Notes: generated from the sequence alone by a model not told the origin. A stretch of 64,000 nt of DNA from Mustelus asterias (GCF_964213995.1 NC_135805.1:145886001-145950000), one strand, 5' to 3'; counted from the stretch's first letter, positions 11,721 to 23,991 are shown. Program-made: numbers and translations.

Positions 11721-12454
11721 AAAACAAACTAGGAGACACCGGTGACAAACATGAATGGTCACATAGTAAATTGAAAGGTACAAAGTGAATCTAGCACTCA
11801 GATATCAGAGAGTCACAGTAAAACAGAAAATGACATACCAGGTGCAGACAGACGTGGAATAAAAGCAATACCCACATACCAGAAGCCGATGAAGGAAAGG
11901 TTAAACCCCTACAATGTCATCCCAGAGATCGTCAGGAAATGATGAAATTCTCATTCATTTACCATTACCCAAGGGACACAGGATAAATTCATGGGCACAC
12001 ATCTGACCCTGACATTTATAGAGAGAATATACAATTGCAGTTACATATCATAATAGTTAAAAATGCCACACATACATATGTCAGAAATATTTTACATTTC
12101 AGAAACACACAGTGAAAGTAAAGCACACAGCTCCTAATGAGGCACATTATTTGCAGAATATCAGCCATATTAATATTACAGAGAATGGTAAATACAGAAT
12201 AAAACTCACAGTCAATAACACAGATATCAAATGTATCAAATTGTTACACAGCAGCAATTAACAATGTGCAGGGCATAATTCCCAAACAGAAACACAATGT
12301 TCAAAACACAGGGTAAGATAAAGAAAGCTGACAGACACAGAGGGATCACACATTCACTTGGCCTCATTTAAGAAGTGTGGAAGAAAAAAAAGCGTTCTCC
12401 CAAACCAGAATCCAGCAGGTGCAGAATCTCAACCACCCCCACCCCCCCCAAATG

Positions 12455-12582
12455 TATACAATACATACATACACGTGCGCTCACACACACACATACAAAT
12501 ACACACATACCAAAACACACACACACCTTCCCTCATACACACACACAGATGCACACATACAAACATACACACAAACACACAG
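12455..12582. repeat. Degenerate (CA)n microsatellite
   Basis: CA/CATA-rich run. Confidence 0.75.
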
Positions 12583-12626
12583 ACATCATTTCCAGGGATC
12601 CCTGGATACCACAGATATCCCTTGTG

Positions 12627-12939
12627 GGGTGGCATGGTGGCACAGTGGTTAGAACTGCTGTCTCACAGCTCCAGGCACCTGGGTTCAATTCTGGCCTTGG
12701 GTCACTGTCTGTCTGGAGTCTGCATGTTGTCCCTGTGTCTGTGGGGGTTTCCTCTGGGTGCTCCAGTTTCCTCCCATAGTCCAACAGATGTGCTGGTTAG
12801 GTGAATTGGCCATGCCAAATTCTCCCTCAGTGTACCCGAACAGGCACCAGAGTTTGGTGACTAGGGAATTTTTCATAGTAACTTAATTACATTGTTAATG
12901 TAAACATACTTGTGATACTAATTAATAAACTTAAAACTT
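12627..12939 (+). mobile_element. V-SINE with an alternative 3' tail
   Basis: Same tRNA head and V-domain as the other SINEs. The tail (CAGTGTACCCGAACAGGC...GACTAGGGAATTTT...AATAAACTTAAAACTT) differs from the HE1-type tail. Confidence 0.75.
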
Positions 12940-13504
12940 CCCTGATACACATTAGCAAGCACACACACAAACGTCCACCTGACAGTAACATGGCTCCTTG
13001 CAGATACTGCAACCTGTCAGAATAAAATCCAAATGTAAGCATCAGACAGTGGCCTTGATGGCATATTCACTTGCCTAGCCTGATAGCATCTGTAGATATC
13101 AGAAAGAATAAAAATGATCATTACTGCTCCATGACCTTTGACCTGGTCTGAACTTTCAGGCAAAGCTTAACTCAGTTTCTATCTCAAAAGATTTGGTCTG
13201 CCTGCTCAGCATTTCCAGCAGTATCTCTCTTTCTCTTGAGATTGCCACCAGTTTCTCGTATTATTTTTTGCGTTATTTACAGCCTTCATGCCAAAATCTG
13301 AACCACACTAAGTTAATTCCATATTCACATAACAGAAATCAATTAATTATCCGCAAAACCTCTGTTCAGTTCATCAGATACTGATAGGAAGAAAACTAAA
13401 TCCACCACTCGCCCAACAGAGATTTGCATTCAGAATGAAATATACTTGGTGTCTTCTGCAGACTTTGAGATGTTACATTTTGTTTCCTCATCCAAAAAAA
13501 AACA

Positions 13505-13872
13505 ATATATATTGTGAATAGCTCGGGTTCCAGCACCGATCCCTGTGGCACCCCACTAGTTACTGCCTACCAATTTAAAAAGCACTTATTAATTCTTACT
13601 CTTTCTTTCCTCTCCAACCAGTTTTCCATCAATTGCAATATGCTTCCCCCAATCCCATGCACTTTAATCTTGCATGCGGGACTTTGTCAACACTTTCTGA
13701 AAGTCCAAATATACCTTATCGACTGGCTGCCCTTTGTGAACTCTACTCGTTACATTTCAAAGAATTGCAACAGATTTGCTAAGCATGATTTCCGCTTCAT
13801 AAATCCATGCTGACTCTGTCTGATCCTGTCACTGCTTTCTAAAATTCGAGAATTTTCCCCAATACTGAGGTT
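13505..13872 (-). mobile_element. Internal CR1 LINE RT fragment
   Basis: Reverse complement encodes RT motifs QHGFMKRKSC..NLL.FFE and SGVPQGSVL.P.LF.IYI, with deletions. Confidence 0.7.
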
Positions 13873-14285
13873 ACTGAATCGCGGTGGCTCAGAGCTAAAA
13901 GTATTTTTTCCATGCAGGAGCTGCATAAATTAAAGGCATTGTGAAATGCTATAGAGATGACAATTAGTACGTGACTGCATTTGCCTCTTGGTGAAGGATA
14001 TCTCCACCAGCTCTAAGTGCAGCTTCAGGCCCGTTGCTTTCCAGTTGTGTTCACAGACGGCAAGATCCAATTTATTGTGGACTGTTGCCATCTACTGGTT
14101 GGAAATGAGCCATACAACAAGATAAAGATTCATTCGGAAACGTTTGAACTTGGAATGAAGTAACAGGAGACTGGTGCCGCCAGATTCAGCTGTTCGCAAA
14201 TCATTATATTCATCAAATTTAAAGTTCTAAAGATCGAGGGTATGAAGCATTTCTATAAATACAGGGCGTGTCGCATAGTGTGAAG

Positions 14286-14358
14286 TACAATGATCAGATA
14301 GCTGTGAGAATGGTTGCCTTCCATGCCATTGACCATAGTGTGATTCCCGGCTTTTGAA
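14286..14358 (+). pseudogene. Degenerate tRNA-Gly(TCC) pseudogene
   Basis: GTGAGAATGGTTGCCTTCCATGCCATTGACC..GATTCCCGGC parallels vertebrate tRNA-Gly-TCC (GTGAGCATAGCTGCCTTCCAAGCAGTTGACC..GATTCCCGGCC). The acceptor and T stems are broken. Confidence 0.45.
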
Positions 14359-15532
14359 GTGGCCCCATATTTTATATACTCTTAATGAATTTAATTAAAT
14401 ATTTCCAGCATTGAAGTAAGCCACACACTGTTAAAATCAGAACAACAAATCCTATCATAAATGTGTTTTCAATGTAAAATTCTCTGTTTGATTCTCAAAT
14501 AGAAACTTTGTTGTGACAAAAGTATAGACCTGTCAATTAATAAATTAGTTCAGGTGAAAAACAATCGTTAATGCTGAAACATACAAAAAAAATGCAAGCA
14601 AACCCCGACAATGGATATTTCTGATGTCTGCTGAAGTTAATAATTGAGATAGCTACATAAGGGTATCAATTTAAAAGACAAAACTTATATACCTGAAATT
14701 GTCAGAGATCCTTGAGTACCAGCAATCTTAGGCACACTTAGTCGACACCTAATACAAAGAGCGCTGGAAACCATGCATCCAATACAAGGTCTTCACTTAC
14801 TCGTGCACAAGGAGAACACCACTCCTCATCCCCGCCCCACCATCAAAATGGCTGGAGTGGCTCTGACATTACAGAGAAACAACTCAGCAGTTATAGTCAA
14901 TTACAGAAAATCAGGAACATACATATTTGCCAATTAAACCCTGGCTTTTCACCCTTCCTCATTCGATGAAAAATTGACTGCTGCTAATTCTTTATTTGCA
15001 TAGCATATCCTCATATCTCGCCTTTGGTATTTGTTATGGAAAAAATCTGTCTTTGTTCACACCCTGGTGATGGTCAAAAAGCAGATTGTTAAATGGCCTA
15101 GTCTGAAGCTCCTTTGAAGGTCTGCAATAGATAACATTTTCACAAATTGTTACCAAAAAGGCATGATTTTTAAAAAATATCTGAGCAGTTTAACTTCCAC
15201 AAAATACAGAGCTAATTCTGACATAATGTGGATAAAGTGTCACTCACAAAGTACACAGATATTGCCAGATCATCAGGCCCAATGTAACAAAGAATATAAT
15301 TATTCAGTCCCACACTGTTCTGAAGGTCAGAGAATACTTTTCAATTCAAGAGTAAAATTTAGTGCCATTGGATGAGTTTTTCACATTTTCCTCTAACCCA
15401 GGTGAGAGTTGGAGACATCAATTACAGAATTTTAAAAAGCTAGATCGAAATATCCTGTGTGACATTAGTCAGAAATCAAATAGCTATTATTAGCTAGAAC
15501 AGGCAGCATATAACTTATAGACAGAACCGTGT

Positions 15533-17052
15533 AAATTGCAATGAAGTACCCAAGTATTCAGCCAAATCCACACATTGCATACCAGTCCAATAAAAAATAC
15601 TCCAGAAATTAGAGAAAATTGAAAAATAAATGACAATTCCTTTACTGCACACCGCAGGGATTACATGCGAGGCTATGGATCTGATTGACATATCCCCATT
15701 TAATTATTCACATTGTTTCAAAATGAATACCATGCCACAACTCAGATACAGCAAGTGAGATTAACTGATTACTATAACATAGATCAAATCCATATTATAA
15801 ATAAGATCCTATGATGAACAGATATCAGTATGTTAATGTGTTAAACAAATATTTCCAACACAATGCCAGAGATAAAAATAAAGTTCAGATACACTTGCAT
15901 TGGACAAAACAGAAACAGATTGGAAACTACACTGACATAGATAAGCAGAGAGTCATAGCTGCTAAATAAATCTGCCAATCACATTCTTGCCTTAGACGGA
16001 CACAAGAACATCTTCCAAAACTTACCAATGTAAAATAAGCCCTCCGAAAGCTTATGCTACCTAATAAACCTGTTGAATTTCAACCTAGTGTCGTGAGACT
16101 TCTTAATGAAAAATAACTACAGAATGATTCCTACATATACAAACCATAATAGAGGCTGACAGATTGAGGATGCAACCTTTTCTTATTAAAACTGCCAAGA
16201 CTGAAATCTATAGAATACATCCCATGGTCACTTACACTTCCTGAACCTGAAAAATCGGGAAAATAATCTTCTTCATCAAAAATCTATATGTATACAGAAT
16301 CTACCCTACAATCAGATACAACATAGACTGAAAATGATGCAATGTGTCAGGCACTGAAAACCACAGATAATGGCAGACTCACAGGGAATTTAAATTAATA
16401 AAACACACAATGTCAACTATATCTTGATGAGTTAATCCACATTCACCTTTGCTTCGAAAGAGTGACAAATGTAAAGTCATGTCCACACCATGCAATTGCA
16501 ATGAAGTACCCAAGTATTCAGCCAAATCCGTACGTTACACATCAATCCAACATTTAAAAAATCCCAGTTATTAGAGAAAATTGAAAAAGAAACGTCAGTT
16601 CCTTTACGACACACTGCAGGAATTGCATGCGAGGCTATGGATCTGATTGACATATCCCTATTTAGTTATTCACATTTTTTCAAAATGAATACCAACTCAG
16701 ATACAGCAAGTGAGAGTACCCTATTACTATAACATAGATCAAATCCATATTATAAATTAGATCCTATGATGAACAGATATCAATAAGTTGATGTGTTAAA
16801 TGAATAGCTTCCAACATGCTGCCTGATAAAGAAATAAAGTCCAGATACAGACTATCCCACACTTACATACAACAGAACAGATACAGATTGAAAACTGCAC
16901 TTACATAGGTAAGCAGAGAATCATAGCTGCTAAATAAATCTGCCATTCACATTTTGCTTTAGATGGACACAAGTACATCTTCCAAAACTTACCAATGAAA
17001 AGGAAGGGCGGTGTTCCAAAAGCTCGTGCTACCAAATAAACCTGTTGGACTG
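15533..17052 (+). repeat. Diverged direct duplication (~550-bp units offset ~960 bp)
   Basis: ATGAAGTACCCAAGTATTCAGCCAAATCC occurs at 15541 and 16501. Colinear homology continues to ~16080/17050, and both copies end in a Penelope tail remnant. Confidence 0.85.
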
Positions 17053-19587
17053 AGAAGCCATGCACTAAATCCACCTCAAGCGCAGAGATATAGCTACAGT
17101 TATATATGGCATAGATTTTATTTCAAAGTCGAATAGACAAAAGCTGAATCCACAGTTACATAACATGTCACAGACTAAATGATACAAAATAAATCTAACT
17201 CAATGGTTTTGACTGGATCACAATCAACTTCAACTTCACATTTGTTTCAGACAGATTCTGCTGGTACCCACTCTCACGGGTTTTACCAGATAATTTTAAA
17301 GATAGATTTAATCCGGTTTTGCTTTCATTACAAATGCTGAGTGATACACGGAGAGATAAAATACACAATTTCACATATAATTTGTGAAAATGGTGTGTAC
17401 AGAGTGAGGCTCATTGTTCAGCATTCAGAAGGAGGAGAAATCACAGAATGAACACTATTTTACAATCCATCAGAGCAATCGTCAAACAGAAGCATTTCTA
17501 CACACAAGAATGGAAAACAAAATGCAGTGTGCCACTGACTGACTGATCATTGTTCTGACAGTAAGAGAAAATAAACAGCAACACCCACTTGCTGAAGGAT
17601 TTACAGCCAATCCCGCCCAAGATTGGAAAATCCCACTCGAGGTCAACTGACCTTTGCATGGTCCTCTCCCGCCTGCTAAAATTCCCGTGAAAAATTTGGC
17701 CCTAAAACACAGAATGCCATAAAAAACATCTGAGAACCAGTTTTACTATAGTGGTGATAGAAACAGGGCCTAGTTTTAAGGCTGATAAAATTAGATATCC
17801 TAAATTAAAGAATTGGGCATATTAAAATCAAACACTGTCAAACCTCAGGCAGGCCAATTGTACAAATACACAAACATGCCTGGGCCTGACCCATCAACCA
17901 CCCATCAAAGGTTGTTGCACTCTACTGATACTTAGCAGGAGATCATTGCACCTCATTGAAATGCACCGGCCTATTATTAGAAGCCCAGACCGGGCCAGAC
18001 TTTCTGTCACCGAAAGTTCCTGCAGTGACATGTAAGCAACAGCATGGAGATGGACACCTGGGGGCGGACCCTGGTGTCCCGTCAGGCAGACATCAATAAA
18101 CCCACTGGGTATTGGAACCCCCTCCTGGGACCTCATTGGCCGGAAGCCAGAGAAATTTCTGGAAAGGCAAGCAGCCAGGGGGATAAAGGAACACATTTCA
18201 AACACACCAGCAGTGAAGACTCGACGAAGGAGGCGAACTCGACCATTCGGAAGACTGACCAGAGAGGGAAGGAAGAAGCTGCCATCGAGACTCACCTTCG
18301 TGACGACGGACCAGAGGGCCTCAGAGAATCGAGCCTGCAGTTTAACCAATCCATCTTTGCGGGTAGTATACTTGAATCTGGGGTATCCTCTTGTCTTATG
18401 TGGGTAATTTAAGGGTTAATAGTGTTATTATTAATAAACTTGTTGAACCTTTACTTGTGTTTGTCCTTTGTCCATCTTGCAAATAAGGACACCGGGTAAA
18501 ACCTTAGAGTAAGCAAACTGGTCGAAAGTATCTGAGAATTAACAGGTACACTATAGTCAACAATACTTAGATTGGAGCATTTGAGCAAATGTTCACTAAA
18601 TTGGTACCTGAGTTCAGGGTGCCCTGTGATGGGAGACTGAGTAAATTAGGATCATATTCCCTAGTACTTAGTCTCTTGAGAAGGTGAAGTACATGGGACA
18701 GCAGTTTGCAAAATCAGTTTGAAATCCAACATCATTCACAATCACATTGAATCGCGGGGTAGGGTCGATGAGCCATGTGCTCTAATCCTATGCGTTTTCT
18801 AATCCTATTGTGTTCTTGTAAATGGTACAGTATACACCCTACCTTAAAATGTGAGGACCAAGCCATGTGTGTGTGTATCTGGGGGGCGGGGGGGCGGGTG
18901 GAACCCGTTTACAATTCCGGAAAAGACTGAATAATCGGCATATCCACATTTCAAAGACAGAGGGATAGAGTTTGAAAACTCTCAATAAATTCTGAAGTAA
19001 AATGCTTACAGAATTATGATGCAATTATAATGAACTAATAGGTAGAGAATAAAATCCAGGTGAACATCGGAAGCAGACAGGTACTGCGCAAAAACAAAAA
19101 TAATAGAGTATGAAATGGTACAGAATAATGCCAAAGATAATAGATCAGAAATGGATAGTTACAGAGTACATCAAAAAATGTTTGCTGGACAGTAACACAG
19201 AGATCCAAATGTGACAGGTTCAGAGAGACCCCACAGACACTTAGCAGAATATGAAATATACAGAAAAGTACTTTTCATCCATATCAGAAACTGTCAAATT
19301 CAAATTAAAACAGTCATCTACATAATTGTAACTGACAAGCACTGAGGCAAATGATGATTCACACATTAGAAACTGACATGCAACCTGTAATATTAAAATA
19401 ACAGATGAAATGCTGACAGGCGAACAATGATATTATACATCAAATACCAAATATGTACAGATACAGACATAATCCATACTCTGGAATAAAAATAAAAATC
19501 TCCCCAGTACAGATAAGAAACCTCACAATCTGAGAGATACCGATAATTCAATGGAAAATATATATTCACGTACAAGTGAAAAAATGT

Positions 19588-20198
19588 TGTTGTGGGAAAT
19601 GTACCACTGAGTCAGGCTTGAAGGTTTCAAGAATACAGTTTTATTTTAACAAAGCTTCGTGGAGACAAGGCACTAACAAGTAGCAAACCTTCTCTCCATG
19701 AGACAATAGAGCGCTCCATCTTTATACCCTTTACACAAATAGATGGACCGGACATCTCGCCATTATCACATTGCTGTAATCAAGTAGGTGATCGATCGTT
19801 AACACATCGTTATAGACAGATACAGACATAAGCATGTTAACATCGCATTGTTTCATTGGATGGGTACATTTTCCCTATCAATGACTTTAGTTTCAGTCTA
19901 TTCATACAGTAATTGGTTTTCCTGCATTTATGTATTCCCGATCCCACCTGTAGCTAATCTCTTTACCCAACCCTATTGTCCTTATCTTAAAGAGTGCCTC
20001 AAGCCCTGGTTGGCTTCCTGCAGGATCTGATTCCTGCATGTTTAACTTTAAATAGCTGTCTGTCCTATATGTTTTAAGCTCAAATGGCTGTCTGTACTAA
20101 AAGTCAGAATCCTGTTTAATGTCTTTCCCAGGTGACTGTTTATGTGCCAGGCAGTCATGTTTTAAAGTGTACTCATCTGAATATTTTTCCCCACTTCA
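19588..20198 (-). mobile_element. Solo LTR with 4-bp TSD
   Basis: TG...CA ends with imperfect inverted termini (TGTTGTGGGAAA / TTCCCCACTTCA). ATGT on both sides (19584-19587, 20199-20202). Minus-strand TATAAA at 19721-19726 and AATAAA at 19640-19645. Confidence 0.7.
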
Positions 20199-20509
20199 AT
20201 GTTAAGAATTGTTCCACTCTCACTTACCAGAAACTCACAGATACTGAGCAGAATGACAATCAGTGAACCAGAAAATGACAAGCACTGGAACCATTACAAT
20301 TTCCTTAATCAGAAACTGTTGGAAACAAAAAAAAAATGAAAGAACATGCTCGCTTACATGTGGTCCACAGAATCAGATTGACACACACTACCACAATTAT
20401 CAAAGTCTGGTCACTACAGAGAACAATCCACATCTTCCATGCACTGACATGAACAGAGTAAAAACAACACATTTGCAGCAGCTCATTTCAAAACACCCAG
20501 AGATAGAAC

Positions 20510-20770
20510 CATAGAATCCCAACAGTGCTGAAAGAGCTCATTGAATCTGCACCGACCCTCCCCTCTATCCTACCCCCATAACCCCATGCACCTATCATGG
20601 CTTAACTCACCTAACTTGCTAATGTTTTGAAACTAAGGGGCAATTTATCATGGCCAATCCATCTAACCTGCATATCTTTGAACACTAAGGGGTTATTTAG
20701 CATGTCCAATCCACCTAAGCTGCACGTATTTGGAAAATGGGAGGAATCCAGAGCTCCTGGAGGAAACCTG
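20510..20770 (-). mobile_element. Degenerate V-SINE with internal tandem repetition of a ~49-bp segment
   Basis: Reverse complement of the SINE tail and V-domain. CATGGCCAATCCA.CTAA-like segments recur three times. Confidence 0.6.
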
Positions 20771-21067
20771 TGAAGAAACCGAGTTAATAATGAATCTTCC
20801 GTGTCAGAAGCTGTAAATTATGGAATAGTATTGATGGTAATAATGAAACATAGGATGTCTAAATCAGAATAAAACCACATATATACACGAGGTTGGATAT
20901 ATGACAGAGCTTTTTTTTTTCAGTCAGGTTTTTGTCATTGACCCGATACCTGTGCCATCTGGGGGACTTGTGTCAGCAATGTGCACATGAGCTGCAGTTT
21001 CATCATGCAATCTCTCCAGTACGGAAGCAGGCCCTTCGAGGCTGCAGCTACTCTCTCAAAAAACATT

Positions 21068-21308
21068 TTACCCAGATCCGTATCTCCGTAACGTATCTAC
21101 CCAGCTAATCCCCTTACCGACACATGTTGGGGCACTAAGGGGCAATTTAACATGGCCAATCAACCTAACCTGTGTCGCTTTGGAGTGTGGGAAGAAACTG
21201 TTGGACACGGAACAAACCCATGCAGACAGGGGGAGAACATGCAAACTCCACACAGTCACCCGAGGCCGGAATTGAACCCGGGTCCCTGACGCTGTGAAAC
21301 ATCACTGC
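21068..21308 (-). mobile_element. V-SINE (HE1-like)
   Basis: Reverse complement has B box GGTTCAATTCC and the V-domain GTGTGGAGTTTGCATGTTCTCCCC. Confidence 0.8.
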
Positions 21309-21564
21309 GAAAAAGCTTTTGAGTTTGAACTCAGCAATTTTGGACTGCTACATTCAGATGATGGGAGGAAATGAGGAGCAGCTCGTGAAGAAGTGAAAAG
21401 GTATCAGCAGTATTTTGTAGAGTGATGTGGTATTAGCAACCCGGGAGAATGCGCTGGTGCAGCAGGAAAGAGAGGAAGACGGAATTGTCTGAATAAGGAG
21501 GCGGCAAGGGGAGTGGAGGATGTGTCTGCAGAGAGAATTTGTGGAGGTGAGGAGCAATACCTGT

Positions 21565-21690
21565 GATTGGTGATCTGAGCTGACCAATCAAATGAATAGA
21601 AGACGTCACTTTATTCTTAATTCTCCAATGGTGAACATGCCTTTTTCCTATCCTTCATTTGCATAGTTGTCTGGGTTAGTCGATAAAAGA
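21565..21690 (+). promoter_or_regulatory. Histone H2B promoter: CCAAT boxes, CRE-like site, octamer, TATA-like box
   Basis: ATTGG at ~21567, CCAAT at ~21585 and ~21625, GACGTCA at 21602, octamer ATTTGCAT at 21657-21664, and GATAAAA at ~21682. Confidence 0.8.
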
Positions 21691-21741
21691 GGAGTTCGGG
21701 CGTAACTTTCAGTTATTCTGTGTCTGCAGTCTGCATGCACC

Positions 21742-22119
21742 ATGCCTGAAGAAAAGAAACTCCAAGGTTCCAAAAAGGGCGCCAAGAAAGCGCAGAAGAA
21801 ACCGGCAACCGCAAGTGGTAAGAAGAGGAGAAAGACCAGGAAGCAGAGTTACAGTCTGTACATCTACAAAGTGATGAAGCAGGTTCACCCCGATACCGGC
21901 ATCTCCTCCAAGGCTATGAGCATTATGAACTCGTTCGTTAGCGACATCTTCGAGCGCATCGCGGGTGAAGCTTCCCGCCTGGTCCATTACAACAAGCGCA
22001 GCACCATCAGCTCCCGGGAGATCCAGACTGCAGTGCGCCTGCTGCTGCCCGGGGAACTGGCCAAGCACGCCGTGTCGGAGGGGACAAAGGCGGTGACCAA
22101 GTACACCAGCTCCAAGTAA
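21742..22119 (+). CDS. H2B: Histone H2B (slightly divergent)
   Basis: 125 aa containing [24 protein letters not shown]...[10 protein letters not shown]. Octamer promoter upstream and stem-loop downstream. Confidence 0.97.
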   Translation: MPEEKKLQGSKKGAKKAQKKPATASGKKRRKTRKQSYSLYIYKVMKQVHPDTGISSKAMSIMNSFVSDIFERIAGEASRLVHYNKRSTISSREIQTAVRLLLPGELAKHAVSEGTKAVTKYTSSK

Positions 22120-22162
22120 AACTGCACAATGCACTAAAACAATATACCCAAAACAACCAAAC

Positions 22163-22178
22163 GGCTCTTTTAAGAGCC
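22163..22178 (+). terminator. Histone 3' stem-loop of H2B
   Basis: GGCTCTTTTAAGAGCC-ACCCA, followed by GAAAGCT (HDE-like). Confidence 0.95.
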
Positions 22179-23095
22179 ACCCACAACTTCTCTGAGAAAG
22201 CTATGCTGTCATCGCTTTAGTAATCGTTTAATTCAAACTGCCTTTTTCATTAGTGTTTCAATCAAAAAGTTAAGGATAATATCGCGTATGAGCCTGTTTG
22301 GCTATGAGTCTATTTACTATTCCGCGTGAATAATATCCAGCACTTACCCCCTGAGCGCCCTGTTCTCAGGAGTTGATATTCGGAAACTTTCAATCTCTTT
22401 AAGGAGAGACAGCAAATAGAAAACAAATGTTTAAAATTATGTTCCGGCTTAGCCTCGATAACCGATAATTTCATTCCCTGTAAACTCGTGTTTTATGAAG
22501 CCTCAATCTCAATACTGGCAAATTTAAACCAAAATGTGGCCTCTGCTTTTGAGCGGCGCCAACAGGCAGCAGTCCACAACACGGGGACGGTATTAGAATA
22601 TTGTTTTATAATCGTGTTAATTTGTTCAAAATCCACGCCGTTATTGTCCAAAGAAATGAGACTTCCTGCCGCCGGGAAAGCGGGTTTCAAAACTGACCGA
22701 GATTAAACCCGAGTGGATACCAGTTTGTAAAAGCGAATCTGAGACTTGTGATAAAATAGGAAATAGTAAAATAAGGAACGGTAATTTCTAAACATTGTCA
22801 TTAGGCGCTGATAACTATTCATAGAATTCCCTCAGTGGAGAAGGCCATTCGGCCCATCTGGAGAATTTCTGGGTGAACGCTTTTCTTTGTTCCTGACTGA
22901 TATCGGACGCTCAATTTTAAAATTGGGATTCTGCGAATTTGGCATTTTATTTTAATTATTGTCCAACCCTCATTAACCAGACACATAACCAGGAACTAGA
23001 GGAAAAGCGATTGTCTGAATGTTAAAAATTCCACTTTAAAAGCTGGTTTACTATTGGAATTATTTCTTGTTTTACATATTGGCGGGATTTTAAAT

Positions 23096-23352
23096 GCTCA
23101 CAGGCTCCTGAGAAAGGGCAACTATGCGGAGCGTGTGGTTGCCGGAGCCCCGGTCTATCTGGCTGCTGTACTCGAGTATCTGACGGCTGAAATCCTGGCG
23201 CTGTCCGGGACAACAAGAAGAGCCGCACCAGGGCGGGGTGCTGCCTAATATCCAGGCCGTACTGCTGCCCAGGAAAAGCGCCTCTGCCACGCCAAAGGCC
23301 AAGTGAAGTGACCACTCTGAAATCCGATAACCCAAAGGCACTTTTCAGAGCC
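23096..23352 (+). pseudogene. Histone H2A pseudogene with a mutated stem-loop
   Basis: Segments [39 protein letters not shown] and [14 protein letters not shown] are separated by deletions, and the N-terminus is missing. Stem-loop GGCACTTTTCAGAGCC (23337-23352) has a stem mismatch. Confidence 0.9.
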
Positions 23353-23579
23353 ACCCACTTTCTGTGAAAGGGCGACCCATCATCCGATTTGTGGCGAATT
23401 CCTCTAACGTTGCATTAAAATGAGCTGGATTGAGAAGCAACCACTATTTAACTATTTCCTGGCAGACTATTTAATTGTAAAAGTGTGGGTTACTATGAGG
23501 GGTTCGATGTCTGTGCAATGAATCGCCGTCTGTGCCGCATTAAACTCGGGCATCTCCAGTGCAATGATTGATAACTAAA

Positions 23580-23840
23580 TGCACAGATTTATTGTCACAT
23601 TAACATGCTGTGAAACGTATTGTTTTTTTGCACGCTATACGGACAAAGCATACCGTTTATAGATAACGAAATGAGCGGGCAGTATAAAATGTAGGAGAGA
23701 AAGTAGTGTTCGGCAAAGATTAACTCAGTGCAAGGTCGGTCCATTCGGAAGTCTGAATGCAGCAGATAAGAAGCTATTCGTGAGTCGGTTAGTAAGTAAC
23801 CTCAGACTTTTGTTTTTTTCCCGACGGAAGGTGGAAGACG
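23580..23840 (-). mobile_element. Probable LINE (L2/Rex-like) 3' end remnant
   Basis: Minus-strand AATAAA-ending tail (TTTATTGTCACA on +) and an R.TNSF-like ORF end. Family assignment is from memory only. Confidence 0.35.
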
Positions 23841-23945
23841 GATCGTCCACGGAATTGACAGATTACTGGGTAAGCTCAATAAAATGAAAGTAAATTGTGC
23901 TAACGATATAATTCGCGCTGCAGCTCTTTTCCTGACAGAATTGGT

Positions 23946-23961
23946 GGCTCTGAAAAGAGCC
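23946..23961 (-). terminator. Histone 3' stem-loop of H3(-)
   Basis: Reverse complement GGCTCTTTTCAGAGCC-ACCAA, followed by AAAGAGCTG (HDE). Confidence 0.95.
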
Positions 23962-23991
23962 TTTGCTGGATTAGGGGGTTGATGTGGAATT

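Noticed and set aside
11143-11783. ORFs over SINEs (also 12358-12876 and 28911-29371)
   Set aside because: Translations of V-SINE and microsatellite sequence that recur wherever the SINE occurs.
17836-18550. Possible second solo LTR (GC-richer island, AATAAA at ~18433) and its ORFs 17894-18412
   Set aside because: I could not identify matching TG...CA ends with a convincing TSD, and the ORFs show no recognisable domain. A repeat-library search is needed.
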